A DNA stretch of 64,000 nt from Candidatus Peregrinibacteria bacterium (lineage in GTDB: Bacteria > Patescibacteriota > Gracilibacteria > UBA1369): the NCBI GenBank assembly GCA_963708185.1, contig OY970195.1, forward strand, positions 448,001-512,000, given 5' to 3'. Of this stretch, positions 18,862 to 30,054 are shown in pieces. A program made the position numbers and the translations under genes. How positions within the stretch are numbered: position 1 is the first letter of the stretch; each line of letters begins with the position of its first letter. Under the pieces are notes generated by a model. It had not been told where the DNA came from, searched no databases, and saw only the letters and a list, made by a program, of their open reading frames with translations.

Positions 18862-19311
18862 CTATTCTTTTGATTTATTCCCTGTTTCTTGAGAAATTCC
18901 TGCAGAATGGACCGTCGGAGGAGGGATGGTCGGCACCTGTCGACGTGAACGGATCAGCATTTCATTGACGGTACGACGGCAATCGCGAAGGGCTTCCTGA
19001 TTTGCTGGTGAGTCGATTGATTGCTCGTTGGCCGTAATTTGTCTTTGCAGGGCGGAAATGATTTCAACCCTTCGGGCCGGCAGGGTTTCGGCCGCCTGTT
19101 CAAATACCCGGTCAAGGTCGCTGAAATCAAGACTCAATGGCTGATTTGTACGATTGTCCCCATTCGGACCTGAAGTTTTTTTTATATATTTGTCCAGATC
19201 CGGGTTCCTTATCGTGGGTTTGGTGAAGACGTCTGAAGCTTTTACAGTTGAAGGAGCGCTTTCTTCTCGGAATTCCTCGATGTCGAATCCTGAGTTTCTT
19301 CTGTTGTTCAT
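18862..19311 (-). CDS. Hypothetical protein
   Basis: ORF from MNNRRNSG; TTGACT...TACTAT promoter-like sequence upstream (~19345-19372). Confidence 0.6.
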   Translation of the reverse strand: MNNRRNSGFDIEEFREESAPSTVKASDVFTKPTIRNPDLDKYIKKTSGPNGDNRTNQPLSLDFSDLDRVFEQAAETLPARRVEIISALQRQITANEQSIDSPANQEALRDCRRTVNEMLIRSRRQVPTIPPPTVHSAGISQETGNKSKE

Positions 19312-19486
19312 GTCCGATATGTAAAGTTTATAGAATGCGCGCAAATAGTAATTTTTTCACCATGAAAGTCAAGAGTTGGCTGGATAAGGAATATTTCCGC
19401 AATTAAGGAGGATATGCACGCAGCTTTGGACGAGCCGCTTGCCAGTCTTGATGAATTTGAAGAGAAACACTGATTTCGTTGTTGTT

Positions 19487-20065
19487 TCAGTTGTAGGTAT
19501 TCATGGCGTCTTCAATTCCTTGATTCAGCCATGTTTTGGCTGCGGCTGCCGCTTTTTTGAGGACACGAGGAAGTTCTTTCTTTTCTTCCTTGTTGAATGG
19601 TTTTAAAACCGCGTTTTTCATATCCATTTTCATCTGGAGTACCAGATCGTTGTTTGCATTTTTTAGTCCTATTCTTATCCGCGGGAAATTTTCACCGAGA
19701 TGCTGGACCATGGATTTCATGCCGTTATGCGTCCCGGGACCGCCGTTGGCACGGATCCTCAATGTTCCAAAGGGGATGTCGAAATCATCGAAAATGCAGA
19801 GAATGTCTTCAGGTATCACTTTATAATATTTGGCGAGCAGTTGAACAGATTCGCCCGAGAGGTTCATGAAGGTGAGAGGTTTAACCAGCAAGAGTTTTTC
19901 ATTTTCAAATGCGGAAACGCTTAGGAGAGTTTTGAATTTTTTTTCTTCCTTGAAAGCTTCACCGTCGAGTTCTTTCCTGAGTTCGTCCAGGACCATCCAG
20001 CCGGCATTGTGTCTGCTGCCTTCGTACTCTTTTCCCGGATTGCCGAGTCCGACGACGATTTTCAT
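19487..20065 (-). CDS. pth: Peptidyl-tRNA hydrolase
   Basis: VGLGNPG, RHNAG, KPLTFMNLSG, HNGMKS. Confidence 0.96.
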   Translation of the reverse strand: MKIVVGLGNPGKEYEGSRHNAGWMVLDELRKELDGEAFKEEKKFKTLLSVSAFENEKLLLVKPLTFMNLSGESVQLLAKYYKVIPEDILCIFDDFDIPFGTLRIRANGGPGTHNGMKSMVQHLGENFPRIRIGLKNANNDLVLQMKMDMKNAVLKPFNKEEKKELPRVLKKAAAAAKTWLNQGIEDAMNTYN

Positions 20066-20340
20066 AAGGGGTGGATAAGTATCTGAAATAAACCAAAGAT
20101 TGCTATCAGCGCCCAAACGACGTTGAGTGCCGCCGGCTGGTAGGCCTTTTTGTTGAGGGAAAGGATGATAATGCCGACTGCTCCCGTGCCGTTGAGTATT
20201 TGGTACCACGGATTGACGACAGATATGACGTTAAAGCTGTTGAGGGCATATGCGGTGATGATGGCAACCGTACCGTACCAGCCAAGTATTTCAATAATGA
20301 TGCTGCGCGATGGGTTTTGTTTTTTCGGAGTCATGGTCAC
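20062..20340 (-). CDS. Small 3-TM membrane protein (CBU_0592-like)
   Basis: GWYG...AYAL...YQILNGTG...AYQPAALNVVWALIA. Confidence 0.7.
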   Translation of the reverse strand: MTMTPKKQNPSRSIIIEILGWYGTVAIITAYALNSFNVISVVNPWYQILNGTGAVGIIILSLNKKAYQPAALNVVWALIAIFGLFQILIHPL

Positions 20341-20358
20341 AGTTTATGAATGCAAGAG

Positions 20359-21819
<1,461 letters not shown>

Positions 21820-21944
21820 TTAAAGCGTATTCTTGGGGTAATTCATCTTCCCATTGGTATCGTCGTTGTATTGTTAAAATTGCCGTTTTTTGTTATAATG
21901 ATAGGAAAAAAAGGGTTTTTTTGAGTGCCAACAGCATCCTCATT

Positions 21945-24185
21945 ATGCAATTCAGACTTAAAAAAGAATTAACCAATGAAATCCTCATTCTTACGAGTGG
22001 TTTTATTTGTTATTTTTTGGTGATTTCGCTCTATGTCGAATCTTTGAGTAATTTTATTTCAGATGTCGGTGTCAATATGCTCCCGATAGTTTTACTGGTG
22101 AGATCGTTGCTGTTTGGCATATTTACGATCATTTTTGTGGGTATATCTTCAAGATTCCGCCAGCAGAGAATTTTTGCGGTTTTGGTTTTGATTTTTGCTC
22201 TTTCTTTTGCCGTTCTCCCTCATCTTGAAAAAGGATCTTGGTTTTTGACGGTTTATTTTTATTTTGTTACTTCGTTGTTTTTTACTTTCTTAGACGTGGG
22301 TCTTATCTTATTCGCTACAAATTTCGTCAATCCTATTCGTGCAAAAACTTTCTTGCCTTTGCTTTCCTCCGTTGCTTCGATCGGTTTGATCGCAGGTTCA
22401 TATTTCAGCGCGAACTTCAATCATCTCAATTCTGAAACCGGATATGGTTATATCCCTGCTACTTTGCTTGTGCTTGTGGCAACCATGATGAGTTCACTGA
22501 GGAAGCCGCACGGGTTGCCATCACCACAAAATATTCAGAAAGTTCATCATGGAAATTTCAAGAAAATGATCGCTCAGAGCCTTGAATACGTCTTCAAAAC
22601 ATCTCTTTTTCGCTATCTCGCCATAGGGACAGTTCTTTTCATCTGCTTGCAGTTTTTTGTAGAATTCAAACAAAACACCGTTTTGATGCAAAGTATTCTT
22701 CCTGAAGATCTGAATACCGTCTTGGGAAAAATTTTCTTTGCGGAAAATATGCTCCGACTAGCAGTTTCAGTTTTTTTCGTAAAAAAAATTCTCTTCCGAT
22801 TTGGAGTTCTCAATACAATGATGTTATTCGCCGTGGTAGTATTACTTTCTGTTGTAAGCGCTTTTTTGCTCGGATGGAACGTCGCCGGAGTTGTTCTGGT
22901 CTACCTCGTTTTTTCAGTTTCCTACGTGACGCTCTATCAGGTCGCTTCGTCGCAATCCGTTGCTTTTTTGCCTGAGCATTTTGTTCAAGGCGTCAGTTAT
23001 ATTTTTAATCAATTGAGTGTAGCTGTTGCTTCGGTCTTGGCTTCGTGCTTTCTTCTTTTATATTCTTATAATCTGGGTCTTGAAAGATACATCAATACCG
23101 GATTTATTACCGTGATCGCAGTTGTCGGCATGGCGTTGATCTTCAAACTTCGCAAGAGCTATCAAGGTAAACTTCAGGAGAACGTTGCTTCAGAAAACGG
23201 TTATCTTCAAAAAAAGGTCATCGCTTTACTTGCCGAAAAGGCTCAGAAAAATAAAGGAGAAAACCTTCTCAGGAAGTTACTGAGTAAGCACGACCTTTCA
23301 AAAGACATGAAAGAAGACGTCATCTACTCGTTAAGTATTATCGGTAATCCTCAGACGGTTGCAGACCTTATCCAGTGTCTCGACGACACGAGTGACAAGG
23401 TGAAGTTCGCGACACTCCGTGCTATCCACCATATGCTTCGTTATCACAGGATTTTAAAAAAATATCCTTTTACCAAACATCAGCTCCTTGAGGCCTACGA
23501 AAACATTTTCATCAGCAATGTTTCGAACTATATCAAGCAAGAAGTCATGAACACCCTCAAGTATTTTGAAATTGAGGACATCATCCAGTTTTTGGAAAAG
23601 AACCTCCGCAATGATGACAATAACGTCGTCATGTATACTCTTGAAACACTTTCGAATTTCAACGACAGAAGCATTGTCCATTATTTGAAACCTTTTCTTG
23701 AAAACCAAAATCCCCATTTGAGAAGTTCAGCGATCGTGGGGATGTGGAAGTTCAGCGATTACCGTCCTCTGCTTCTCCAGAAAATTGGTGAAATATTGAA
23801 GTGCAAAACCCAGGATGACGAAGAGTGTGCAGTGTTTTTGATCGATCATCTTGATCTCTACTGGGAGAAAGATCTTTTGAGGAAGATTGTGGAGAAAAAT
23901 AACGATAAGAGCGCCCTTTATGCTCTTATTACCCTTATTAAACTCGGGGAAACGAATTATATCGAAAAACTTCTTGCTGAGATGAGTGAGCTGGAACGAA
24001 AAAATGAAAAATCGAAACTTGAACTCCTTTTATCAAAATACCGTTCCCTCAATCGCAAAACGAAGAATGCTATTTTGAAAAAGATCGACCGGATGCCTTA
24101 TGAAAGGATTCAGGATTTTTACCAGAGTTTCGCGACATCGCGCTATATTTTCAAGAAAGAACTTGAAGCCCTGGGGCCTGATTGA
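21945..24185 (+). CDS. MFS/NTT (TLC ATP/ADP translocase-like) membrane domain fused to HEAT repeats, paralog 1
   Basis: ~12 hydrophobic segments with P.RAK.FLPL motif, then helical HEAT-like repeats; similar to 44336-46705. Confidence 0.7.
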   Translation: MQFRLKKELTNEILILTSGFICYFLVISLYVESLSNFISDVGVNMLPIVLLVRSLLFGIFTIIFVGISSRFRQQRIFAVLVLIFALSFAVLPHLEKGSWFLTVYFYFVTSLFFTFLDVGLILFATNFVNPIRAKTFLPLLSSVASIGLIAGSYFSANFNHLNSETGYGYIPATLLVLVATMMSSLRKPHGLPSPQNIQKVHHGNFKKMIAQSLEYVFKTSLFRYLAIGTVLFICLQFFVEFKQNTVLMQSILPEDLNTVLGKIFFAENMLRLAVSVFFVKKILFRFGVLNTMMLFAVVVLLSVVSAFLLGWNVAGVVLVYLVFSVSYVTLYQVASSQSVAFLPEHFVQGVSYIFNQLSVAVASVLASCFLLLYSYNLGLERYINTGFITVIAVVGMALIFKLRKSYQGKLQENVASENGYLQKKVIALLAEKAQKNKGENLLRKLLSKHDLSKDMKEDVIYSLSIIGNPQTVADLIQCLDDTSDKVKFATLRAIHHMLRYHRILKKYPFTKHQLLEAYENIFISNVSNYIKQEVMNTLKYFEIEDIIQFLEKNLRNDDNNVVMYTLETLSNFNDRSIVHYLKPFLENQNPHLRSSAIVGMWKFSDYRPLLLQKIGEILKCKTQDDEECAVFLIDHLDLYWEKDLLRKIVEKNNDKSALYALITLIKLGETNYIEKLLAEMSELERKNEKSKLELLLSKYRSLNRKTKNAILKKIDRMPYERIQDFYQSFATSRYIFKKELEALGPD

Positions 24186-24211
24186 TATCATGGTTTTTAC
24201 TTTCAGCTTAG

Positions 24212-24240
24212 TTGACTTGGCTGGGTTTTATGCCTACTAT
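24212..24240 (+). promoter_or_regulatory. Sigma70-type promoter for tRNA-Leu
   Basis: TTGACT-N17-TACTAT. Confidence 0.6.
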
Positions 24241-24291
24241 TCACCGTGCATTTATCAGCTGTTTAAACGTACTTCGATAAGTCTTTTTTTC

Positions 24292-24378
24292 GGGCGAGTG
24301 GCGGAACTGGCAGACGCGCACGACTCAAAATCGTGTATCAGCAATGATGTGAGGGTTCAAGTCCCTCCTCGCCCACCA
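24292..24378 (+). tRNA. tRNA-Leu(CAA)
   Basis: GGGCGAG/CTCGCCC acceptor stem, anticodon loop CT-CAA-AA, long variable arm, GTTCAAGTC, encoded CCA. Confidence 0.97.
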
Positions 24379-24524
24379 TAGAACGTCTTGGTTGACTTTG
24401 AGGAGTTATATGTGTTACTTTGTGGTTGTCCAATAGGTTGTAGTTTTGTGGGGTTATGTGAAGTCACGTCAATAAATTCCTGCAGCGAAGCTTAAAGGAA
24501 TTTATTTTTTAACCTTTTCTTCAT

Positions 24525-24743
24525 ATGAAAGGTACCATCAAAAAACTTACAGATAAGTTTTTTGGATTCATCACTCCTGAAGATGGCGGTAAAGACGTCT
24601 TCTTCCATGGAAACGATGTTGTCGGAGGCAAATTTGACGATTTGCACGAAGGCGACGCCGTGACCTTCGACATGGGTGATTCCCCAAAGGGCCCGAAAGC
24701 CACCAACGTGGCCAAGGCCGGAGACATGGACAACGCTGCTTAA
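24525..24743 (+). CDS. cspA: Cold-shock protein
   Basis: FFGFI (RNP1), DVFFH (RNP2), KGPKATNV; ~100-nt 5'UTR after TTGACT at 24392. Confidence 0.93.
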   Translation: MKGTIKKLTDKFFGFITPEDGGKDVFFHGNDVVGGKFDDLHEGDAVTFDMGDSPKGPKATNVAKAGDMDNAA

Positions 24744-24761
24744 ACAGTTTGTACATCTTCA

Positions 24762-24793
24762 AAAGACCGTTTTCCTTCGGGGAAGCGGTCTTT
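24762..24793 (+). terminator. Intrinsic terminator after csp
   Basis: AAAGACCGTTTTCC-TTCG-GGGAAGCGGTCTTT hairpin. Confidence 0.8.
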
Positions 24794-24833
24794 CTGGTAT
24801 AATGGGTCCAATGTTTCACTAAATCAATTTCTT

Positions 24834-25073
24834 ATGCTTATTCTTATACACAGAGAAGAGTGCCCGTTCTGTCAGAAAGTGCGTCAGTTCATGTCTGACA
24901 ATCATGTGAGTTACGTCAGTCTCGTCAGCCCGAAAGGTTCCCCATCCCGTAAGATTTTGACCCAGCTTGGGGGAAAAGAGCAGGTGCCCTTTCTTGTCGA
25001 TACCGATAAAGGTGAGATGATGTATGAATCGGACGATATCATTGAATACGTAAAGAAGCATTACCTGAAGTAG
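24834..25073 (+). CDS. Glutaredoxin / GST N-terminal-like protein
   Basis: CPFC, QVPFLVD, MYESDDI. Confidence 0.88.
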   Translation: MLILIHREECPFCQKVRQFMSDNHVSYVSLVSPKGSPSRKILTQLGGKEQVPFLVDTDKGEMMYESDDIIEYVKKHYLK

Positions 25074-25157
25074 ATTGACGACGCGGTATCTATGTTTTTC
25101 GTGGAAAAAATGTTATAATACTTTCAGTATGTATTTCTGATTTTTTCTTCATCTCAA

Positions 25158-25868
25158 ATGCCAAAAAAACAAAAAACACAAGGAAAAAAAACACTCATGG
25201 TGAAAGCTGATAAGGTCCTGAAACCCAAAAAACTCAATCTGAAGCAAGAGCTTGAAAAGTGCGACTTCGGCGTGGCCATTTTCGGTTCGGCACGCATCAA
25301 AATGAACCAGAAGGTCTATAAGCAGGTTTTTGATCTTGCGGAAATGATCGGAAGACGCGGGTATGACCTCATCACCGGCGGGGGGCCGGGACTCATGGAG
25401 GCTGCAGCTTCCGGACACGATGAAGGCGATAAATTGCGCCGAGCCGATTTGATCGGCCTGACGATCAAGTTGCCTTTCGAGGAATCAGTGAATCAATATC
25501 TTGAACTCCGTAAAGATTTCACAAGATTTTCGGAACGTCTTGAAAATTTCATGGCTTTGTCCAACGTTCTCGTCGTGACTCCTGGAGGAATCGGAACGAT
25601 GCTGGAACTGTTCTTCAGCTGGCAGCTGCTGCAGGTCCATCATGTCGAATTCAAACCGATCATTTTGATAGGAGGCATGTGGAAGCATCTTATCGCCTGG
25701 ATGAAGCGTTATATGCTTAAGGAAAATCTGGTCAGCAAGGGTGATTTTCGTTTTATTCACATCGTCAAATCACCGAAAGAAGCCATGAGGATTATCGACA
25801 AGTATCACAAAAGTTACGTCAAAGACGGGAAATGCAATTTAAGGTCCTCGAAGCATAAGCCTCGCTGA
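25158..25868 (+). CDS. LOG family nucleotide phosphoribohydrolase
   Basis: IFGSAR, TGGGPGLMEA, PGGIGTMLE. Confidence 0.9.
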   Translation: MPKKQKTQGKKTLMVKADKVLKPKKLNLKQELEKCDFGVAIFGSARIKMNQKVYKQVFDLAEMIGRRGYDLITGGGPGLMEAAASGHDEGDKLRRADLIGLTIKLPFEESVNQYLELRKDFTRFSERLENFMALSNVLVVTPGGIGTMLELFFSWQLLQVHHVEFKPIILIGGMWKHLIAWMKRYMLKENLVSKGDFRFIHIVKSPKEAMRIIDKYHKSYVKDGKCNLRSSKHKPR

Positions 25869-25872
25869 TCGA

Positions 25873-26211
25873 TTATTGCTTGTTGATTAAATCGTCAAAT
25901 TCACTTAAGAGCTTGACCAGTTCTCCGGCTTCATCATACCCGTCGAATTCCCGGATGGCTTTCGTCGAAACCATGCTTCGGGGAGGGAATCCGCCGTTGG
26001 TGTCCAGAACCTCATGGACTCTCGGAACAAAAATAAACTGGAGCCACTGATTGAACGTCATGGTGTCGGAGGCAAAAGCTTCTTTGAATTCGTACTTTTC
26101 CGATGGTAAGGGATCGTCCTGCCACATGTGGATTCTCTTCATCTCATTTTCTATTTTTTCTATTTCTTGTGCGACCTTTTTGCGATCGACCTGTTGCTCA
26201 TTTTGGTCCAT
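25873..26211 (-). CDS. YqcC-family protein
   Basis: WQDDP...AFASDTMTFNQWLQFIFVPR. Confidence 0.8.
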   Translation of the reverse strand: MDQNEQQVDRKKVAQEIEKIENEMKRIHMWQDDPLPSEKYEFKEAFASDTMTFNQWLQFIFVPRVHEVLDTNGGFPPRSMVSTKAIREFDGYDEAGELVKLLSEFDDLINKQ

Positions 26212-26238
26212 TGAAACACGGTTATGATAGTTTTAGGT

Positions 26239-26679
26239 TTAAGCGTCTTTTTTGAAGAGGTTCAGTTTCGCCTCGTCCATGGAGTTATAACATTTTATGA
26301 GCTCTGTGATCCCGACGGCTTGAAGAATGTCCAGGATGGTCGCGGGAGCTCCCAGAATGACAGCTTTCCCACCTTCTTCATTGATTTTTCCGTACCAGTC
26401 GGTCAGATAACCGATCGATTTACTGTTCATGTATTGGAGTTCGGTAAAATCGAAGAGGAGATAAAGGTTTTTCGGGTGCTGGGCGATCACGTCATAGATC
26501 GTTTTGGAGTTTTGATCGATGTTGCTTTCATCAAGCTGCCCGGAAAATTTGATGATTTTGGCGGTCATGTCCGGTTGTGGAGCTTCAAGGTCCTCGATCC
26601 TGATGTTTACGGGCGTTTGCCCCGGCATTGTCTGTTGGGAATTGGGCGGATTATTTGCCATTGGTGGGTTGTCAGCCAT
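26239..26679 (-). CDS. STAS anti-sigma-factor antagonist (RsbV/SpoIIAA-like), copy A
   Basis: GQLDESN, DFTELQYMNSKSIG, ILQAVG. Confidence 0.9.
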   Translation of the reverse strand: MADNPPMANNPPNSQQTMPGQTPVNIRIEDLEAPQPDMTAKIIKFSGQLDESNIDQNSKTIYDVIAQHPKNLYLLFDFTELQYMNSKSIGYLTDWYGKINEEGGKAVILGAPATILDILQAVGITELIKCYNSMDEAKLNLFKKDA

Positions 26680-26759
26680 AATTTTGTTTTTAAAAAACTA
26701 ATATTATTTTATCATGAATTTCGGCCTTTGGCGAGAGGCGGTTGAGGTGAATTTTTCGG

Positions 26760-29060
26760 TCAGCCGAGTGTTTTCTTGATCTTCATGGCCGTTTTTTGTC
26801 CGACTACCTGGGCCAGTTCGTGCATGGTTGCGTTTTTGACCCCTTCGGGAGAACCGAAAGCCTGGAGGAGTTTTATCTTAAGTTCCGTTCCGATGCCGGG
26901 AACGGTGTCCAGAATTGAACTTGTGGTGGCTTTCAACCTGAGGTTTTGATGGTAACTCACGGCAAAACGATGCGCCTCGTTGCGTATGTGCTGGATGAGC
27001 AGGCTGACCGGGTCGGATTTTTCCAGTTGGATGGGGTTGGGATTCTCCGGAAGGTAAATCTCCTCTTCTTTTTTAGCCAATGAGATCATGGGAATGCTGA
27101 GTCCGTATTTTTTCATGGCTTTTTGCGCTGAACTTAACTGTCCTTTTCCTCCGTCGATAATGATGAGGTCTGGAATTTTCTTGAAGGATTTGTCTTCGGC
27201 GTATTTCGTTTTGTCGAAGGCCAGGTAGGTCATTTTTGCAACGGAAGTGAACTCATCAGGGATTTTCCGGATATGCTGAAAACCGGTTTCTTCGAAACGG
27301 GAGACCTGTTTGTCCGGGCAATGGTAATAGATGCGTTTCGCTTTGGTTTTTTCGATGATTTTTTTGACGAGAAAATTCAGGTCTATTTCATCGTCGAGCT
27401 TGATGCGTTCGATGAGGTGTCGTTTCCCGTCGGTTATTTCAACGTGAACAAATCCAATATTTTCTGCGTTTTTTTCGACAGTAAAAAAGTGTTCGTCTGC
27501 TTCAGGTTTTTTTCCGTCTGGGTACTCCCCTGCTTCCCGTATACTTACAAGGTCTTTTTTCGTCGCTTTCTTTATCTTGAAGTCATTCGAAGCCTTCGAT
27601 GACTTGAGGTATTTCAAACGACGGGTAAGCGTTTCTTCCATCGATGCGAAATCGTTCGGAGCCCCGGATTCTTCCTGATGAAGTTTGAATTTACGATAGT
27701 CCTCTTTTTTGGGAAAACCCTTTTCGAAAACGGTCATGGAACTCACGGTTTCGGTGCCTCCGAAATGGGAGATGTCATAGCATTCCAGGCGGTAGGGAAT
27801 CTTGGAAAGATTGAGCAAGTCCCTGAGATCCTGGAGAGCCTGTTCGCGATTGCCCTTTTCGGCACCCTGCCATTTGATCTGACTTTGACGGGCAAAGCTT
27901 CTGGCGTTTTCCAGTGAAAGATCCAAGAGGTGGTTTTTCTTACCGCGTTCGGGGACGATGATGGTCACTTTCTGGCCTTTCATACGGGTGAGCCATTCTT
28001 CAAGCGTTTCTTTATCGTCAATCTTATGCGGGATCAGTACTTCTTTGGGTAAATCCGCGGCTTTTTCATAGTATTGTTCAAGGAAAGCGCTGAGAGCGTC
28101 TGAATCGTCCGCGGCGTTTTGTTCCGGAGCAGCGGAGGCACTCTTGAAGGTGAAATTTTCCTGATCGATGACTTTTCCGTTCCTGAGCTGAAACAGGTTG
28201 AAATAGATTCTGCCGTCCTGTTCAACATAGTTGATGATATCGAGGTCTTTCTGGTGCGGATCACTGATGCGCTGGGGTTCAATGATGTCCTCGACTGCCT
28301 TGAGCTTGTCACGGATGGCGGCGGCGATCTCGAATTTTTTTTCCGCCGCAGCCCGGAGCATCTCGCGTTTGATGTCTTCGATAATGTCTTCGTGTTTCCC
28401 TTCCAGGAATTCGATGACTTTGTTGATTATTTTGCGGTATTCTTCAGGTGAAACGCTTGTGATGCACGGCCCGATGCAGTGCTTGGTGTGGTAGCGGAGA
28501 TTCGCTTCGGTCATGAGCATGGATTTTTTGTTTTCGCCGTATACTCCGTAATCGATCGCCATGGAGCAGTTCCTGAAGGGAAAGACCCGTTTGAGAACCT
28601 TGAGGGTTTTAATGACTTTGTGGGCCGCAGTTTTAGGGCCGATGTACTTGGCTTTGTCTTTTTGAACTTTTCTCACGAGATAGATGCGCGGGTACGGTTC
28701 CTGGACCGTGATTTTGATGTAAATGTAATTTTTGTCGTCTTTCATGAGAACGTTGTATTTCGGCCGTAGTTCTTTGATGAGGTTGGTTTCAAGGAAAAGA
28801 GCCTCAAGTTCGGTTCCCACCTCGATGTATTCGATATCTTCAATCTGTTCCACCATTTTCTGGGTACGGACGGGCTTGTCGCTTTTGTTCTGAAAATAGC
28901 TTGAAACACGGTGTTTAAGATCTTTTGCTTTGCCGACGTAGATAATCTGCCCTTCGGCGTTTTTCATTTTGTATACACCCGGTTTGTGCGGAAGATTCTT
29001 GAGTATGTGCTCAAGATAACGCCGGCGGTCTTCGGGGGTTTTTGATTCGTTCGTGGTCAT
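26760..29060 (-). CDS. uvrC: Excinuclease ABC subunit C with an internal ~140-aa insertion
   Basis: GVY/YVGKAK GIY-YIG, ECYDISH, IIDGGKGQL, RNEAHRFA, HhH. Confidence 0.95.
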   Translation of the reverse strand: MTTNESKTPEDRRRYLEHILKNLPHKPGVYKMKNAEGQIIYVGKAKDLKHRVSSYFQNKSDKPVRTQKMVEQIEDIEYIEVGTELEALFLETNLIKELRPKYNVLMKDDKNYIYIKITVQEPYPRIYLVRKVQKDKAKYIGPKTAAHKVIKTLKVLKRVFPFRNCSMAIDYGVYGENKKSMLMTEANLRYHTKHCIGPCITSVSPEEYRKIINKVIEFLEGKHEDIIEDIKREMLRAAAEKKFEIAAAIRDKLKAVEDIIEPQRISDPHQKDLDIINYVEQDGRIYFNLFQLRNGKVIDQENFTFKSASAAPEQNAADDSDALSAFLEQYYEKAADLPKEVLIPHKIDDKETLEEWLTRMKGQKVTIIVPERGKKNHLLDLSLENARSFARQSQIKWQGAEKGNREQALQDLRDLLNLSKIPYRLECYDISHFGGTETVSSMTVFEKGFPKKEDYRKFKLHQEESGAPNDFASMEETLTRRLKYLKSSKASNDFKIKKATKKDLVSIREAGEYPDGKKPEADEHFFTVEKNAENIGFVHVEITDGKRHLIERIKLDDEIDLNFLVKKIIEKTKAKRIYYHCPDKQVSRFEETGFQHIRKIPDEFTSVAKMTYLAFDKTKYAEDKSFKKIPDLIIIDGGKGQLSSAQKAMKKYGLSIPMISLAKKEEEIYLPENPNPIQLEKSDPVSLLIQHIRNEAHRFAVSYHQNLRLKATTSSILDTVPGIGTELKIKLLQAFGSPEGVKNATMHELAQVVGQKTAMKIKKTLG

Positions 29061-29127
29061 AATTTTTCGTTTGTCTTTGAAAAGTCCGTTCTCTAGTATA
29101 AGCTTTTTTTGATCTTTGTGCACTGCT

Positions 29128-30054
29128 ATGAAGTTCCCACTGCAATCACTCCGTGAACGTTGCCTTGCTACGCTGGCTTACTTTGATCTTTTCGACTATC
29201 CGTTGAAACTGGAAGAGATAGAGAGGTATTTTTTGGGCGAACTGTCTTCAAGGGAAGCACTGGAGCACTTTTTAGCTTCTTCGCGTACTTTTATCCATCA
29301 GCTGGACGGTTATTATTTCTTTCCGGGTCGGGAGCATATCGTCATCACACGGGAGGAGAGAGAAAAGGTTTCGCAACGCTACTGGAAAAAGGTAAGAAGT
29401 TTTTTGCCGTTCATACTTTTGGTTCCTTTTGTCAGGATGGTCGGCGTCTGTAACACCCTTTCCTTCAATAACGCCTCCGCGGAGAGCGATATAGACCTTT
29501 TCATCGTGGCAAAAGCCGGCAGGCTTTTCATCGTGCGCTTTTTTACGGTTCTTTTGTTCGCTTTGTTGGGCGTTCGCCGTCACGGCAATAAAATAGCAGG
29601 CAGATTCTGCCTGAGTTTTTACGTCGACGACAGTGCACTGGATATGTCGAAAATCCAGTCGGGGAGCGGAGACATTTATCTGCCGTTCTGGGTTCTGACG
29701 ATGAAACCGATCTTTGGTCGAGATACCTACAGTGCGTTCGTCAAAGCCAATCTCTGGATCGAAAAATATTTCGGACATCCGCTTTCCTTTGCCGTGGACA
29801 TCAGGAAAGGCAATCCCTTAAGGTTTTTAGGGTGGATCAAGGAGCACTTGCTCAAAGGAAAGCTCGGCGACCGGCTCGAAAACAAGCTGCGGTCGATCCA
29901 GATGAAACGTCACAAACACCATCTGGAAGATCTTCCTTCCGGAGCTTCCATCGTCGTTACCGACCATATGTTGAAGTTCCATAATATTGACCGACGTCAT
30001 GATATTGCGGTGAAGTTCCGTCGGAGGTTGGACGATATCATCGCTTCATCCTAA
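29128..30054 (+). CDS. Nucleotidyltransferase-fold protein (CPR-type conserved hypothetical)
   Basis: TLAYFDLFDYPL; GVCNTLS...SDIDLFIV (DxD). Confidence 0.7.
   Translation: MKFPLQSLRERCLATLAYFDLFDYPLKLEEIERYFLGELSSREALEHFLASSRTFIHQLDGYYFFPGREHIVITREEREKVSQRYWKKVRSFLPFILLVPFVRMVGVCNTLSFNNASAESDIDLFIVAKAGRLFIVRFFTVLLFALLGVRRHGNKIAGRFCLSFYVDDSALDMSKIQSGSGDIYLPFWVLTMKPIFGRDTYSAFVKANLWIEKYFGHPLSFAVDIRKGNPLRFLGWIKEHLLKGKLGDRLENKLRSIQMKRHKHHLEDLPSGASIVVTDHMLKFHNIDRRHDIAVKFRRRLDDIIASS

Noticed and set aside
19362-19473. Tiny ORFs MKVKSWLDKEYFRN and MHAALDEPLASLDEFEEKH
   Set aside because: Too short, SD spacing is poor, and they overlap the promoter of the divergent gene; possibly a remnant but unsupported
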